Origin: Alphaproteobacteria bacterium
GTDB lineage: Bacteria; Pseudomonadota; Alphaproteobacteria; UBA828
DNA: 64,000 nucleotides
Direction of reading: 5' to 3'
Assembly (NCBI GenBank): GCA_963667785.2
Contig: CAXXMU010000001.1
Span: 480,001-544,000, forward strand
The notes below the pieces were generated by a model. That model did no database searches, was not told the origin of the DNA, and worked only from the letters and a program-made list of their open reading frames with translations. Both the position numbers and the translations under genes were made by a program. Below are positions 32,563-43,013 of this stretch, piece by piece. Each line of letters starts with the position of its first letter. Within the stretch, counting starts at the first letter, position 1.

Positions 32563-34290
32563 ATGACCGGGAAGCCGAGAGGCCTTCGCCGCGCGCTCAC
32601 CGACTATGGCGACCCCGGCTTCTCGCTCTTCCTGCGCAAGGCCTTCGCCAAGTCGATGGGCTACACCGACGCCGAGCTGGACCGCCCGGTGATCGGCATC
32701 GCGAACACGGGCAGCGGCCTCGTGAGCTGCCACGGCACGGTGCCGGCGCTGATCGAGGCGGTGGAGCGCGGGGTCGTGGCCGCAGGCGGGCTGCCGCTCG
32801 CCTTCCCCACCGTCTCGCTCGGCGAGCCCTTCATGCATCCGACGACGATGCTCTTCCGCAACCTCATGGCGATGGATACCGAAGAGATGATCCGGGCCCA
32901 TCCCATCGACGCGGTGGTGCTGATCGGGGGCTGCGACAAGACCGTGCCGGCTCAGCTCATGGCGGCCGCCAGCGCCGGCGTGCCGGCGATCCAGCTCGTC
33001 ACCGGGCCGATGCTGACCGGCAGCCACAAGGGCGAGCGGCTCGGCGCCTGCACCGATTGCCGGCGCTACTGGGGCGCGCATCGGGGCGGGCGCGTCGACG
33101 AGGACGAGATCGCCGAGGTCGGCGGCCGGCTCATGCCGTCCGCCGGCACCTGCATGGTGATGGGCACCGCCAGCACCATGGCCTGCGCGGCGGAGGCACT
33201 CGGCATGATGCTGCCGGGGAGCGCCGCGATCCCGGCGGTGCTCGCGGACCGCATGCGCAACGCCCGCGAGACGGGCGCGCGCGCCGTGGCGCTGGCGGCA
33301 GAGGGGCTCGTGCCGGACCGCATCCTCACGCCCGCCGCCTTCACCAACGCGCTCCGGGTGCTGCTCGCGACGGGCGGCTCGACCAACGCGGTGATCCACC
33401 TCGCCGCGATCGCCGGGCGCTGCGGCTTCGACCTCGATCTCGACCGGCTCGACCGGCTCAGCCGCGAGACCCCGGTGCTGGTCGATCTCAAGCCCTCGGG
33501 CCAGCACTACATGGAGGATCTGAACACGGCCGGCGGGCTCGTGCCGGTGCTGCGTGCGCTCGCGGACGACCTCGACCTCGACTGCCTCACCGTGACGGGA
33601 CGGACCCTCGGCGATGAGATCGCCGCAGCGCCCGCGCCCTGGCCCCAGGAGGTGGTGCGCACGCGCGACGAGCCCATCTATCCGGAAGGCGGGATCGCCG
33701 TGCTGCGCGGCAACCTCGCGCCGGACGGCGCCATCATCAAGCAGTCGGCGGCGACGCCCGCCCTCTGCCGCCACACGGGCCGCGCGGTGGTCTTCGATTC
33801 GCTCGCCGACCTCACGGCGCGGATCGACGATCCCGCCCTGGACGTGACGCCGGACGACGTGCTGGTGCTGCGCAACGCAGGCCCGAAGGGCGCGCCCGGC
33901 ATGCCCGAGGCCGGCTACATCCCGATCCCGAAGAAGCTCGCCACCCGGGGCGTGACGGACATGGTGCGCCTCTCGGATGCGCGGATGAGCGGCACCGCCT
34001 TCGGCACCATCGTGCTCCACGCCTGTCCCGAGGCCGCCATCGGCGGGCCGCTCGCCCTGGTGGAGAGCGGCGACCGGATCGCTCTCGACGTGGCGGCACG
34101 CTCGCTCGCACTCGACGTGCCGCAGGCGACGCTGGAGGCACGCCGGGCGGCGTGGCACCCGCCGCCGCCACCACCGGGCGCCGGGCGCGGCTACCTCGCG
34201 CTTCACCTTGCCCATGTCGAGCAGGCGGACCGCGGCTGCGATCTCGACATCCTGTCCGCCCCGCGTTCGGGCCAGGCGGTGCCGATCTGA
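32563..34290 (+). CDS. IlvD/Edd family dehydratase (sugar-acid dehydratase type)
   Basis: RNLMAMDTEE, GGCDKT, GTCMVMGTASTM, GGSTN, GAPGMPE, SDARMSGT. Confidence 0.9.
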   Translation: MTGKPRGLRRALTDYGDPGFSLFLRKAFAKSMGYTDAELDRPVIGIANTGSGLVSCHGTVPALIEAVERGVVAAGGLPLAFPTVSLGEPFMHPTTMLFRNLMAMDTEEMIRAHPIDAVVLIGGCDKTVPAQLMAAASAGVPAIQLVTGPMLTGSHKGERLGACTDCRRYWGAHRGGRVDEDEIAEVGGRLMPSAGTCMVMGTASTMACAAEALGMMLPGSAAIPAVLADRMRNARETGARAVALAAEGLVPDRILTPAAFTNALRVLLATGGSTNAVIHLAAIAGRCGFDLDLDRLDRLSRETPVLVDLKPSGQHYMEDLNTAGGLVPVLRALADDLDLDCLTVTGRTLGDEIAAAPAPWPQEVVRTRDEPIYPEGGIAVLRGNLAPDGAIIKQSAATPALCRHTGRAVVFDSLADLTARIDDPALDVTPDDVLVLRNAGPKGAPGMPEAGYIPIPKKLATRGVTDMVRLSDARMSGTAFGTIVLHACPEAAIGGPLALVESGDRIALDVAARSLALDVPQATLEARRAAWHPPPPPPGAGRGYLALHLAHVEQADRGCDLDILSAPRSGQAVPI

Positions 34291-34409
34291 CCGTACGGCG
34301 CGCGACAGGCCGCGACCGCGGCCCGCCGCTTACGCGGCGCGCCCGCGCAGGCGCCGTTAGGCGCGCGGAACCGCTGGACGGCCGGCTGCCGTGAGCGACA
34401 AAGAGCCTA
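34291..34409 (+). repeat. palindromic intergenic repeat, copy 1 (degenerate)
   Basis: 34377-34406 is 29/30 identical to 43124-43153; CGCGACAGGCCGCGACCGCGGCCCGCCGC at 34301 matches copy 3. Confidence 0.8.
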
Positions 34410-35057
34410 GTCCTCCAGCAGGGCTGCCAGGTCGGGCAGGCGGGGCACCACGGCGAGCGGCGCGCCTGCGGCGAAGTGCTCCGGCGTGCCGACGCCGACG
34501 AAGGGGATGCCCGCCAGCGCGGCCTGCTGCATGTCGGTCTGCGAATCGCCGGCGAAGAGGGCATCGGCCGGGGCTAGGCCGCACGCCTTGAGGACTCGTT
34601 CCATGTGGACATGCTTGGGCGTCTCCCGCGTCGCCCCGTGGACGGACGCGAGGAAGGAGATCAGCCCGAAGCGCGCGAGCTGCCGTCGGGCCTCCTCCTC
34701 CGGCACGCCGGTCACCACGGCCACCGGCCGCTTCGCCGCCTGGGCGACGATGAATTCGCGGACGCCGGGGAAGAGGCCGACGGCATCGTTGATGGCGTCG
34801 ATGCGCGCGAGAAAGGCGGCCGTGATGCGTGCGCGCACGGGCGCGTCGAGCGCCTTCCCGGTCAGGTCCCTGTAGATGCGGTCGAACTGCGCCTCGCGCC
34901 CGCTGCCCGCATGGCGCCGGAAGCCCTCGGCGATGGCGGCGCGGTCGCTGCTGTAGGGTGCGAAGGCGTCCGCCACGGCCTCCGCCTTGGGCCCCATGCT
35001 GTCGACGATCACCCCGTCATAGTCGAGGAACAGAATTCTGGGCCTCGCAACCCGCAT
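34407..35057 (-). CDS. HAD family hydrolase
   Basis: FLDYDGVIVDS, VTG, K, GDSQTD. Confidence 0.88.
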   Translation of the reverse strand: MRVARPRILFLDYDGVIVDSMGPKAEAVADAFAPYSSDRAAIAEGFRRHAGSGREAQFDRIYRDLTGKALDAPVRARITAAFLARIDAINDAVGLFPGVREFIVAQAAKRPVAVVTGVPEEEARRQLARFGLISFLASVHGATRETPKHVHMERVLKACGLAPADALFAGDSQTDMQQAALAGIPFVGVGTPEHFAAGAPLAVVPRLPDLAALLED

Positions 35058-35132
35058 GCCTCACGCTCCGCCCCGGCCGTTTGACCTGCGCGCCATAGTG
35101 CCGCAAAACCGCCCCTCGGCCGAACGGAACGC

Positions 35133-36536
35133 GTGATGACGGCACCCCACGAGCGGCTGCGCGCCAGGCTCGGCGACCCGGCGCTCTATCTCGACAACCC
35201 CGCCGACACCGCCCCCTACGGGCGCGACTGGATCGGCAAGTACGAGGGCGCCGTGCCGCTGGTGGTGCGGCCGCGCTCGACCGCGGAGGTCTCCGCCGTG
35301 CTCGCCGCCTGCACCGAGCTCGACGTGCCGGTGGTGCCCCAGGCCGGCAATACCGGGATGGTGGGGGGCTCCGTGCCGCGCGCGGGCGAGGTGGTGCTGA
35401 GCGTCGAGCGGATGGGCACGATCGAGGCGTTCGACGAGGCCTCGGCCACCGTGCGGGTTCAGGCCGGAGTCGTGCTCGAGGCGCTGCAGGGCTTCCTTGC
35501 CGAGCGGGGCTGCGACATGCCGGTGGACCTCGGCGCCCGCGGCTCCTGCCGGATCGGCGGCATGATCGCGACCAACGCCGGCGGCATCAAGGTGCTGCGC
35601 TACGGCCACATGCGCGAGCAGGTGCGCGGCCTCGAGGTCGTGCTCGCCGACGGCACCGTGGTGGAAGGCCTCAACATCCTCCGGAAGAACAACACGGGCC
35701 TCGACCTGAAGCAGGTCTTCATCGGCTCCGAGGGGACGCTCGGCGTGATCACCCGCGCCGTGCTCCAGGCCCAGCCCGCGCCGCAGGCCTTCCAGACCGC
35801 GCTCGCAGGGCTCGCAAGCCGCACGCTGCTGCCCGGCCTGCTGCAGGCGGCCCGCGCCCGCTTCCCCCGCCTCTCCTCCCTGGAATTCGTCGACGGCGTG
35901 ACCGTGGCCTACGTCCGCGAGGCCGATCCCGACCTGCGCATCCCGCTCGCGGGCGAGCACGGGAGCTACGTCGTGATCGAGGAGGAATGCGCGGCCGGCG
36001 AGGCGGCGGGCGAGGCGTTTGCCGCCGGGCTCGAGAGCCTGCTCGAGGACGGCCTGATCGCGGATGCCGTCATCGCCGGCTCCGAGGCCCAGGCGCGGGC
36101 GATCTGGCGCGTGCGCGAGGCGCCGACCGAGACGGTGAGCCGGCGCGGGCTCACCCACAAGTTCGACGTGACCGTGCCGCCCGGCGTGATCCCCGCCTTC
36201 CTCGGCGAGATGGAGACGCTGGCGGACGGGTTTCCCGGCGTGCGCGCGGTCCTCTTCGGCCATCTCGGCGACGGCAACGTCCACGTCAACATGGCCCAGG
36301 AGCCGGGCCTCGCCGACGCCGACTTCCGGGCCATGGAGGCCGACCTGGCGGACGCGATCTACGGCGCCGTGCACGGCCACCGCGGCAGCATCAGCGCCGA
36401 GCACGGCATCGGCGTGATGAAGCGCGCCTATCTCCCGCTTGCGCGCTCGCCGGAGGAGATCGCCCTGATGCGCACGCTCAAGGCCGCGCTCGACCCCAAG
36501 GGCATCCTCAACCCCGGCGTGATACTCGGGCCTTGA
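35133..36536 (+). CDS. FAD-binding oxidoreductase (D-2-hydroxyglutarate/D-lactate dehydrogenase-like)
   Basis: GNTGMVGG, IGGMIATNAGG, GSEGTLGVIT, GHLGDGNVH, SISAEHGIG, LNPG. Confidence 0.92.
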   Translation: MMTAPHERLRARLGDPALYLDNPADTAPYGRDWIGKYEGAVPLVVRPRSTAEVSAVLAACTELDVPVVPQAGNTGMVGGSVPRAGEVVLSVERMGTIEAFDEASATVRVQAGVVLEALQGFLAERGCDMPVDLGARGSCRIGGMIATNAGGIKVLRYGHMREQVRGLEVVLADGTVVEGLNILRKNNTGLDLKQVFIGSEGTLGVITRAVLQAQPAPQAFQTALAGLASRTLLPGLLQAARARFPRLSSLEFVDGVTVAYVREADPDLRIPLAGEHGSYVVIEEECAAGEAAGEAFAAGLESLLEDGLIADAVIAGSEAQARAIWRVREAPTETVSRRGLTHKFDVTVPPGVIPAFLGEMETLADGFPGVRAVLFGHLGDGNVHVNMAQEPGLADADFRAMEADLADAIYGAVHGHRGSISAEHGIGVMKRAYLPLARSPEEIALMRTLKAALDPKGILNPGVILGP

Positions 36537-36615
36537 CCCGATCCACCGGCCATCCAGCCGAACCTGTTCGCCAGTCCCCGGCGGACTCTTAAGCCGGCGC
36601 GCGCGGCCGCCGGCC

Positions 36616-37449
36616 TCATTCGCGCGGCGGCTTGAGCGCGAGCCACGCGTTCGCGGCGTCCTCCATCGTCATGAAGCGCGCGCCGAGCCGCATGAGGGCG
36701 TCGATCAGGCGCTCCAGCATCATCATGCGATGGCCGCGGCCGATGACGAAGGGATGGCAGGTGTAGGTGAGCACGCCCCAGTCCATGGTGCGGGTCATGT
36801 ACGCGAAGTCGTCCTCCCAGTTCTGCAGCACGCCGCCCGCCGGCATCAGGCCCTGGAGCCGGTAGCGCTTGGTCTGCACGAACTCGAAGTGCGGGTAGTC
36901 GTCCAGCGTCCAGCTTATGGGCATCTCGACCAGGCTGGTCTCGGGCCCGAAGCGCATGGGTTCCTCGAGCGCGATCACGTCGCCGGTGCGGGCGAAGTAG
37001 GGCGTGTAGTCGTTCCCCATCATGCTGCTCTCGTAGAGGAAGCCGCGCGAGACCAGCAGCTCCACCGTGTTCTCGCTCAGGTCCCAGGCGGGCGAGCGGT
37101 AGCCGCGCGGCTTCCGCCCGCAGAGCCTCGCGATCGCCTCGCTGCCGCGTTCGAGCCCCGCTTCCTCCTCGTCGCGCGACATGGTCACGGGCGTCATGTG
37201 GGTCCAGCCGTGATGGCCGATCTCGTGGCCTGCGTCCGCGATGCGGGCCGACATCGCGGGATAGGTCTCGATGGTGTGGCCGGGGATGAACCAGGTCGCC
37301 GGGATGTCGTGCCGCGCGAGCAGGGCCAGGATGCGCTCGGCGCCGACGAGGCCGAACTCGCCGCGGCTGATCGGCGTCGGCGAGCGCATGCCCTGCGCGA
37401 TGACGCCGGAGACGGCGTCGAAGTCGAAGGTCAGGCAGGCGATGTGCAT
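36616..37449 (-). CDS. polysaccharide deacetylase family (PuuE/PgdA-like)
   Basis: LTFDFD, TWFIPG, HEIGHHGWTH, GYRSP, HPFVIGR. Confidence 0.88.
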   Translation of the reverse strand: MHIACLTFDFDAVSGVIAQGMRSPTPISRGEFGLVGAERILALLARHDIPATWFIPGHTIETYPAMSARIADAGHEIGHHGWTHMTPVTMSRDEEEAGLERGSEAIARLCGRKPRGYRSPAWDLSENTVELLVSRGFLYESSMMGNDYTPYFARTGDVIALEEPMRFGPETSLVEMPISWTLDDYPHFEFVQTKRYRLQGLMPAGGVLQNWEDDFAYMTRTMDWGVLTYTCHPFVIGRGHRMMMLERLIDALMRLGARFMTMEDAANAWLALKPPRE

Positions 37450-37642
37450 GGCCGTCCCTCCCGGTCGGTTTGCGCGTTCATCATGTCCAATTTCCCGCGA
37501 TTCCGCATCATTACGCCCTGTCCCGGACCGCGCATTGCGGTATCGTGAGCGCCCCGCCACGGTGTGAAGCAATCATGTCCACAGTGCGCCGCAACAACCC
37601 CGGCGCGGTCTCCTCCGGCCGCGCGCCCGCGTCGGTCGCGCC

Positions 37643-38518
37643 GTGATCGCCGGGTCGGCGCTTCTCGGCACGGGCGCCGCCGCGAGCTGGGGCGTCGGCG
37701 ACTTCACGGCCCGCTTCCTGGGCCGCGCGGTCGGCGTGCCGCAGGGGCTGTTCGGCATGATGCTGGTCGGCAGCCTTGCGGTCGGCATCTACATCCTGGC
37801 CAGCGGCGAGACGCTCGTGTGGGAGCTCTCCGGCCTCTGGCTGCTGGTGCTCAACGGCGTCGCCACCATGCTGGCGACGCTCATGCTGTTCGAGGCGCTC
37901 ACCCGCGGCCCGGTCTCGCTCGGCTCGCCCATGGTCTCCAGCTACCCGGCGTTCGCGGTGCCGATCACGGTCGCCTTCGGCGCCCGGCCGGAGATCATCC
38001 ACTGGATAGCGATGGCGGCCACCCTCGGCGGCGTCTGGCTGGTGGCGCTCGCGGTCTACCGCGTGGACGCGGGCGACAAGCCGGAATATGCGCCGGCGGT
38101 GCTGCGCCGCGCCGTGCTGCTCGCGATCGGTGCGGCCTTCTTCTTCGCCGTCGCCCTGCTTGCCGCCGACGAGGCGATCGAGCGCTACGGCCTCCCGCTC
38201 ACCCTGCTGTCGGGGCGCATCGTCGGCGCCGCGGTCCTGGGCGCGTGGTTCCTCGCCGTGCGCAAGCTGCCGCGCATGCCGGTGCGCGCGTGGCCGCTGA
38301 TCCTCCTCATCGCCCTGGTGGACACCCTCGGCTACGTCTTCGTCTACGCCGGGCTCGCGCTCGAGAACGGCGAGTTCGCGATCGTCACCAGCTCCGCCTA
38401 TTCGGTGGTGACGATCCTGCTGGCGCGCATCTTCCTGCGCGAGCAGGTGGTGCCGCTGCAGTGGCTCGGCGTCGCGATCGTCATCGCCGGCATCGGCACG
38501 CTGTCCGCGACCGGGTAG
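37643..38518 (+). CDS. DMT/EamA family transporter
   Basis: WGVGDF, GPVSLGSP, LARIFLREQV; multiple TM helices. Confidence 0.85.
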   Translation: MIAGSALLGTGAAASWGVGDFTARFLGRAVGVPQGLFGMMLVGSLAVGIYILASGETLVWELSGLWLLVLNGVATMLATLMLFEALTRGPVSLGSPMVSSYPAFAVPITVAFGARPEIIHWIAMAATLGGVWLVALAVYRVDAGDKPEYAPAVLRRAVLLAIGAAFFFAVALLAADEAIERYGLPLTLLSGRIVGAAVLGAWFLAVRKLPRMPVRAWPLILLIALVDTLGYVFVYAGLALENGEFAIVTSSAYSVVTILLARIFLREQVVPLQWLGVAIVIAGIGTLSATG

Positions 38519-38664
38519 AGCGAGACCGTCTTCGACGGGCTCGCGACAGCCTCTTTGTCGCTCACGGCAGCCGGCCCTTGGCCGGCGCCTCCGCGAGGGC
38601 GCCGCATGCGCGGCGGGCCGCAGTCGCGGCCTAGGGCGTATCCGTCAAAGACGGATACGCCCTA
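38516..38664 (-). repeat. palindromic intergenic repeat, copy 2
   Basis: 38580-38632 is the reverse complement (52/53) of 43043-43095; perfect 15-bp hairpin 38632-38664; hairpin 38516-38548 matches 43011-43043. Confidence 0.88.
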
Positions 38665-39759
38665 TATCACCCGCTCGCTCTCCGGGTCGACGAGCACGGC
38701 ACGGTTCATGTCCACGTCGAGCGCGAGCACGTCCCCGGGCTTCTCGGCGGCCGAGCCGTCGAGGCGCACGAGCATCGAGGTCTCGCCGAGGTGGAAGTTG
38801 ACGAGCGTGTTGGCGCCCATGGGCTCGACGATCTCGACCGTCACCGCGAGCCTGGCGCAGCCGGGCCGCGGCGCTTCGCCCTCGGCCCGGTACATGTGCT
38901 CGGGCCTGATGCCCAGCAGCACGGCGCGCCCGGCATCGCCGGCAAGGCGCGCCGCGCGCTCCGGCGGGAGCGCGAAGGCCTGGTCGCCGACGCTCACGCC
39001 TGCCGCGCCGTCCGTCGCCTCGATCCGCGCGCGGGAGAAGTTCATCGCGGGCGAGCCGATGAAGCCCGCGACGAAGCGGGTCTGCGGCCGCTCGTAAAGC
39101 TCGAGCGGCGGCCCCTCCTGCTCGATCTGGCCGTCGCGCAGCAGCACGATCCGGTCGGCCAGCGTCATGGCCTCCACCTGATCGTGGGTGACGTAGATCA
39201 TGGTCCGCTGCATGTCCTGATGCAGCCGCTTGATCTCGGTGCGCATCTCGTCGCGAAGCTGCGCGTCCAGGTTGCTGAGCGGCTCGTCGAAGAGATAGAG
39301 CTTCGCGTCCCGCACCAGCGCGCGCCCCATGGCGACGCGCTGGCGCTGCCCGCCGGAAAGCTGGCGCGGCTGGCGGTCCAGCAGGTCCGAAATGCCGAGC
39401 ATCGTCGCAGCGCGCTCCACCCGCGGGCGAATCTCGGCGCTGGGCGCGTTCCGCATGCGGAGGCCGAAGGCCACGTTCTCGAAGACCGACATGTGCGGGT
39501 AGAGCGCGTAGTTCTGGAACACCATCGCCACGTCCCGGTCCTTGGGCCGGACGTCGTTGACTACGGCGCCGTCGATCTCCACCGCACCCTCGGTCACCTC
39601 CTCGAGCCCTGCGATCATGCGCAAGAGCGTGCTCTTGCCGCAGCCGGACGGGCCGACCAGCACGGTGAACGCGCGGTCCGGAATCTCGATGTCCACCCCC
39701 CGCACGGCATGGACCTTGCCAAAGCGCTTGTGCACGCCGTGAAGCCTGACGCCCGCCAT
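38662..39759 (-). CDS. carbohydrate ABC ATP-binding protein (MalK/UgpC-like)
   Basis: GPSGCGKST, VFQNYALYPHM, LSGGQRQRVAMGRA, FDEPLSNLD. Confidence 0.93.
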   Translation of the reverse strand: MAGVRLHGVHKRFGKVHAVRGVDIEIPDRAFTVLVGPSGCGKSTLLRMIAGLEEVTEGAVEIDGAVVNDVRPKDRDVAMVFQNYALYPHMSVFENVAFGLRMRNAPSAEIRPRVERAATMLGISDLLDRQPRQLSGGQRQRVAMGRALVRDAKLYLFDEPLSNLDAQLRDEMRTEIKRLHQDMQRTMIYVTHDQVEAMTLADRIVLLRDGQIEQEGPPLELYERPQTRFVAGFIGSPAMNFSRARIEATDGAAGVSVGDQAFALPPERAARLAGDAGRAVLLGIRPEHMYRAEGEAPRPGCARLAVTVEIVEPMGANTLVNFHLGETSMLVRLDGSAAEKPGDVLALDVDMNRAVLVDPESERVI

Positions 39760-39769
39760 CCGGCTCCTC

Positions 39770-40639
39770 CTAGCCCTTGACCGCGCCCATGGTGATCCCG
39801 CGCACGAGGAAGCGCTGGAGCGTCGCCACGGCGAAGAACACCGGCAGGGTGCCGAGCACGGAGAGTGCCGCGATCTTCGACCAGAAGGTCGACTGGGCGC
39901 CGTAATAGTGGGTGACCAGCACGGGGAAGGTGAGCACCTCGGTGCGGGTCAGGATCAGCGCGAAGACGAACTCGTTCCACGCGAAGATGAAGGTGAACAC
40001 CGCGGTCGCGAAGATGCCGGTGCGCGCCATCGGGAAGACGATCTTGCGCAGCGCCTGCCAGCGCGAGCAGCCGTCGGTGAGCGCGCTCTCCTCCACCTCC
40101 ACCGGGATGTCCTCGATGTAGCCGCGCATCATCCAGATCACGTAGGGCAGGTTGAACGCGATGTAGAGCAGGATCAGCCCGACATAGCTGTCGATCCAGC
40201 CGAACCAGACGAACAGCAGGAAGATCGGGAAGACGATGACGATGGGCGGGATCATCCGCTGCGAGATGATCCAGATCGCGAGGTTCTGGCCGCCGGTCTT
40301 GAAGCGGGCGAGGCTGTAGGCGGCCGCGGTGCCGAGGATCATCGCGACGACGGTGGAGACGCTGGCGATGATAAGGCTGTTGTAGATCGCCCAGACGTCG
40401 CCGTCCTTGAACAGCACCCCGAAGATGCGAAAGCTCGGCTGCTCCGGGAACCAGACCGGCGGGCGGGCGAAGATGTCGCCCGCCGACTTGATCGAGGTGA
40501 TGAAGAGCCAGTAGACGGGGAAGAGGAAGAACACCAGCACCACGAGCGCGATCAGGAAGCGCCAGGCCATGCGCCGGCGCTCGCGCGTCAGCCAGGGCGG
40601 CCACCTGCTCGTGCGCACGGGCGCAGTGTCCACCGTCAT
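39770..40639 (-). CDS. carbohydrate ABC permease (MalG-like)
   Basis: EAA-like loop EESALTDG, FAWNEF, GITMGAVKG. Confidence 0.92.
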   Translation of the reverse strand: MTVDTAPVRTSRWPPWLTRERRRMAWRFLIALVVLVFFLFPVYWLFITSIKSAGDIFARPPVWFPEQPSFRIFGVLFKDGDVWAIYNSLIIASVSTVVAMILGTAAAYSLARFKTGGQNLAIWIISQRMIPPIVIVFPIFLLFVWFGWIDSYVGLILLYIAFNLPYVIWMMRGYIEDIPVEVEESALTDGCSRWQALRKIVFPMARTGIFATAVFTFIFAWNEFVFALILTRTEVLTFPVLVTHYYGAQSTFWSKIAALSVLGTLPVFFAVATLQRFLVRGITMGAVKG

Positions 40640-41550
40640 CGCGCGATCTCCACGCGCTTGAGCGCGAAGATGACGATGATCGACAGCAGGATGATCACCA
40701 GGAAGGCGATCGCACCCGCATAGCTCGTCTCGAATTCCTTGAAGGCGCGGATGTAGGTGTAGATCGAGATCGTCTCGGTGAGCGTTCCCGGCCCGCCCTT
40801 GGTCATCGCCCAGATGATGTCGAAGATGCGGAAGAGGTCGAGCGCGCGGATCAGGATGGCGATGATGAGGACCGGCTTGATGACCGGCAGCGTGATCCTG
40901 AAGAAGATCTTCCAGAACGAGGCGCCGTCGATCTCAGCCGCCTCGATCAGGCTGCGGTCGACGTTCGACAGCGCGGCCAGCAGGATCAGGAACATGAACG
41001 GCGTCCACTGCCACACTTCGCAGATCAGGATCGCCGGATAGACCCACTCGGGCCTGGACAGCCAGAGGATCGCCACCGGTTCCGACGAGAACCAGCCGAT
41101 GATCTGGTTGATCGGCCCGTACTGGTTGTCGAACATCAGCCGCCAGGTCGAGCCCGCGACGATGGGCGAAATCACGGTCGGGATGATGAGAAGCGCGACG
41201 AACACCTGCTTCAGCGGCATCTTCTCGAGGAAGAGCTGCGCCATCAGCAGGCCCAGCACCAGCTCGATCGGCAGCGCGATCGCCAGGATCAGGAAGGTGT
41301 GGCCCATCGATTCCCAAAGCCGCGTGTCGGAGAAGAGGGCCGCGTAGTGCTTGCCGCCGGACCAGGACGTGTCCTCGGCCAGCATGGTGATGTCCTGGAA
41401 GCTGACGATGCCGGTATGGATGATGGGGTAGAGGCCGATCAGCAGGAGCACGATGATCGACGGTGCGATCACCAGCCACTTGAAATGCCGGTCGGCGAAG
41501 AGGCTGAGGCGGCCGGCGGCATGCGGGTCCCGGCCCGCGACGGTCGTCAC
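40636..41550 (-). CDS. carbohydrate ABC permease (MalF-like)
   Basis: WQWTPF, EAAEIDGAS, TKGGPG. Confidence 0.92.
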   Translation of the reverse strand: MTTVAGRDPHAAGRLSLFADRHFKWLVIAPSIIVLLLIGLYPIIHTGIVSFQDITMLAEDTSWSGGKHYAALFSDTRLWESMGHTFLILAIALPIELVLGLLMAQLFLEKMPLKQVFVALLIIPTVISPIVAGSTWRLMFDNQYGPINQIIGWFSSEPVAILWLSRPEWVYPAILICEVWQWTPFMFLILLAALSNVDRSLIEAAEIDGASFWKIFFRITLPVIKPVLIIAILIRALDLFRIFDIIWAMTKGGPGTLTETISIYTYIRAFKEFETSYAGAIAFLVIILLSIIVIFALKRVEIAR

Positions 41551-41851
41551 GCGCGGGCCTTCACCGCCGGGTCGCCGGCGGGATCAGCAGCGTGCGCACC
41601 GTGCCGCTCCGGTCCATGCCTGACTGCCCTGCCATGGTCCTTCCGCACGGCGTTGAGAGGTAGCGGAAACGCGCGTCGGGCGCAATGTCCGTCGCCCGTC
41701 GCCTGTCCGTCGCGGCGGCCGGCGGGAGCGGGCGCCGCGTCGCCCCATCGGCCATCGGCAAGGAGGGCGGTTGCGCGTAAGATGCGCCGGCAATCGGTGC
41801 GGCGGGACGCCCGCGCGGGACAGGGCCGTGCGTAGAACGGGAGAGTGAGCG

Positions 41852-42301
41852 ATGAGGCAGATCGGCTACGCCATGCAGTTCAGGGGGTCCGCCGGGCCGC
41901 AGGAGGGCAAGGAGAACGAGCTCTCGGCCAGGTCGGGCTCCACCACGAACGGGCTCTCGACCGCGCTGGGCGCGGACGGCCCCACCGTCTCCGTCGACGA
42001 CGCGCCGGCGGAGCGGGCGTCGTTCACGTCCAGCGTTCAGATCGCCGAGGACGGCAGCTTCACCGAGGACGGGACCATCGATTTCGGAGCGGCCGGCACG
42101 CTCGACTTCAGCACCATCGGGAGCGGATGGATGGGGCCGAGCGCAGTCGACGGGCTCACCCACGGCGCGATCAACTGGAGGATCGACGGCGGCACGGGGC
42201 CGCTCGCGGGCGCGAGCGGGATCATCACCTCCAACTTCACCGTCTCGGGCTCGGGCGATGTCGTCGACAACCAGTGGGGCGTCATCTTCGTTGCCGACTG
42301 A
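41852..42301 (+). CDS. hypothetical beta-rich protein
   Basis: Non-shadow amino-acid composition, host-like codon usage, IDGGTGPLAGASG motif. Confidence 0.7.
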   Translation: MRQIGYAMQFRGSAGPQEGKENELSARSGSTTNGLSTALGADGPTVSVDDAPAERASFTSSVQIAEDGSFTEDGTIDFGAAGTLDFSTIGSGWMGPSAVDGLTHGAINWRIDGGTGPLAGASGIITSNFTVSGSGDVVDNQWGVIFVAD

Positions 42302-42341
42302 CGCACGCAGAGGGCAACGCACCCCGGCGCGCGCGGATGGC

Positions 42342-43013
42342 GTGAGTCGCAGCCCCCGACCGAAGGACGCCGCCACGCTGGTGCTGGTGCGCGACGGCGC
42401 GAACGAGCCCGAGGTCCTGATGGGCCGCCGCCCCCGGCGCACGGTGTTCATGCCCGACCAGTACGTGTTTCCAGGCGGTGGCGTCGAGCCCTGCGATCGC
42501 TGGGTTCGGCCCGCGACGGAGCTCCGGCCAGCGGTGGCGGCGCGGCTCACCCGCGCCTGCACGCCGGGCCGCGCCCGCTCGCTCGCCGCCGCCGCCGTGC
42601 GCGAGACCTTCGAGGAGACGGGCCTCGCCCTCGGCCGGCCCGCGCCGGCGGTCAACGGACGGCTCCGGCCCGAATGGCGGGACTTCCACGCGACCGGCCT
42701 GGCGCCGGCGCTGGACAGGCTCGACTACATCTACCGCGCGGTCACGCCGCCGGGGCTGCCGCGGCGCTTCAACGCGCGCTTCTTCCTTGCCGATGCGGCG
42801 GATGCGGCGGGCACGCTCGGCGGCAACGGGGAGCTGCTCGATCTCCGTTGGGTGACGGTCACCGAGGCCATGGGCCTGCCGCTCCCCTACATCACCGCCG
42901 TCGTTCTCGAGGAGGTCGAGCACATGTACGCTTCACCGCCCGACCCCGATCGCGACCGTCCGGTGCCGGTCTGCATCCGCGTCGGTCCGGGCCACGTCCA
43001 CGCTCACGAGTAG
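42342..43013 (+). CDS. NUDIX hydrolase
   Basis: PKDAATLVL, YVFPGG, AAVRETFEETG, TPP..PRRFNARFF; start at GTG 42342 inferred. Confidence 0.88.
   Translation: MSRSPRPKDAATLVLVRDGANEPEVLMGRRPRRTVFMPDQYVFPGGGVEPCDRWVRPATELRPAVAARLTRACTPGRARSLAAAAVRETFEETGLALGRPAPAVNGRLRPEWRDFHATGLAPALDRLDYIYRAVTPPGLPRRFNARFFLADAADAAGTLGGNGELLDLRWVTVTEAMGLPLPYITAVVLEEVEHMYASPPDPDRDRPVPVCIRVGPGHVHAHE

Noticed and set aside
32563-34290. Calling this gene ilvD
   Set aside because: Motifs fit the sugar-acid dehydratase branch of IlvD/Edd; substrate unknown, so no symbol given.
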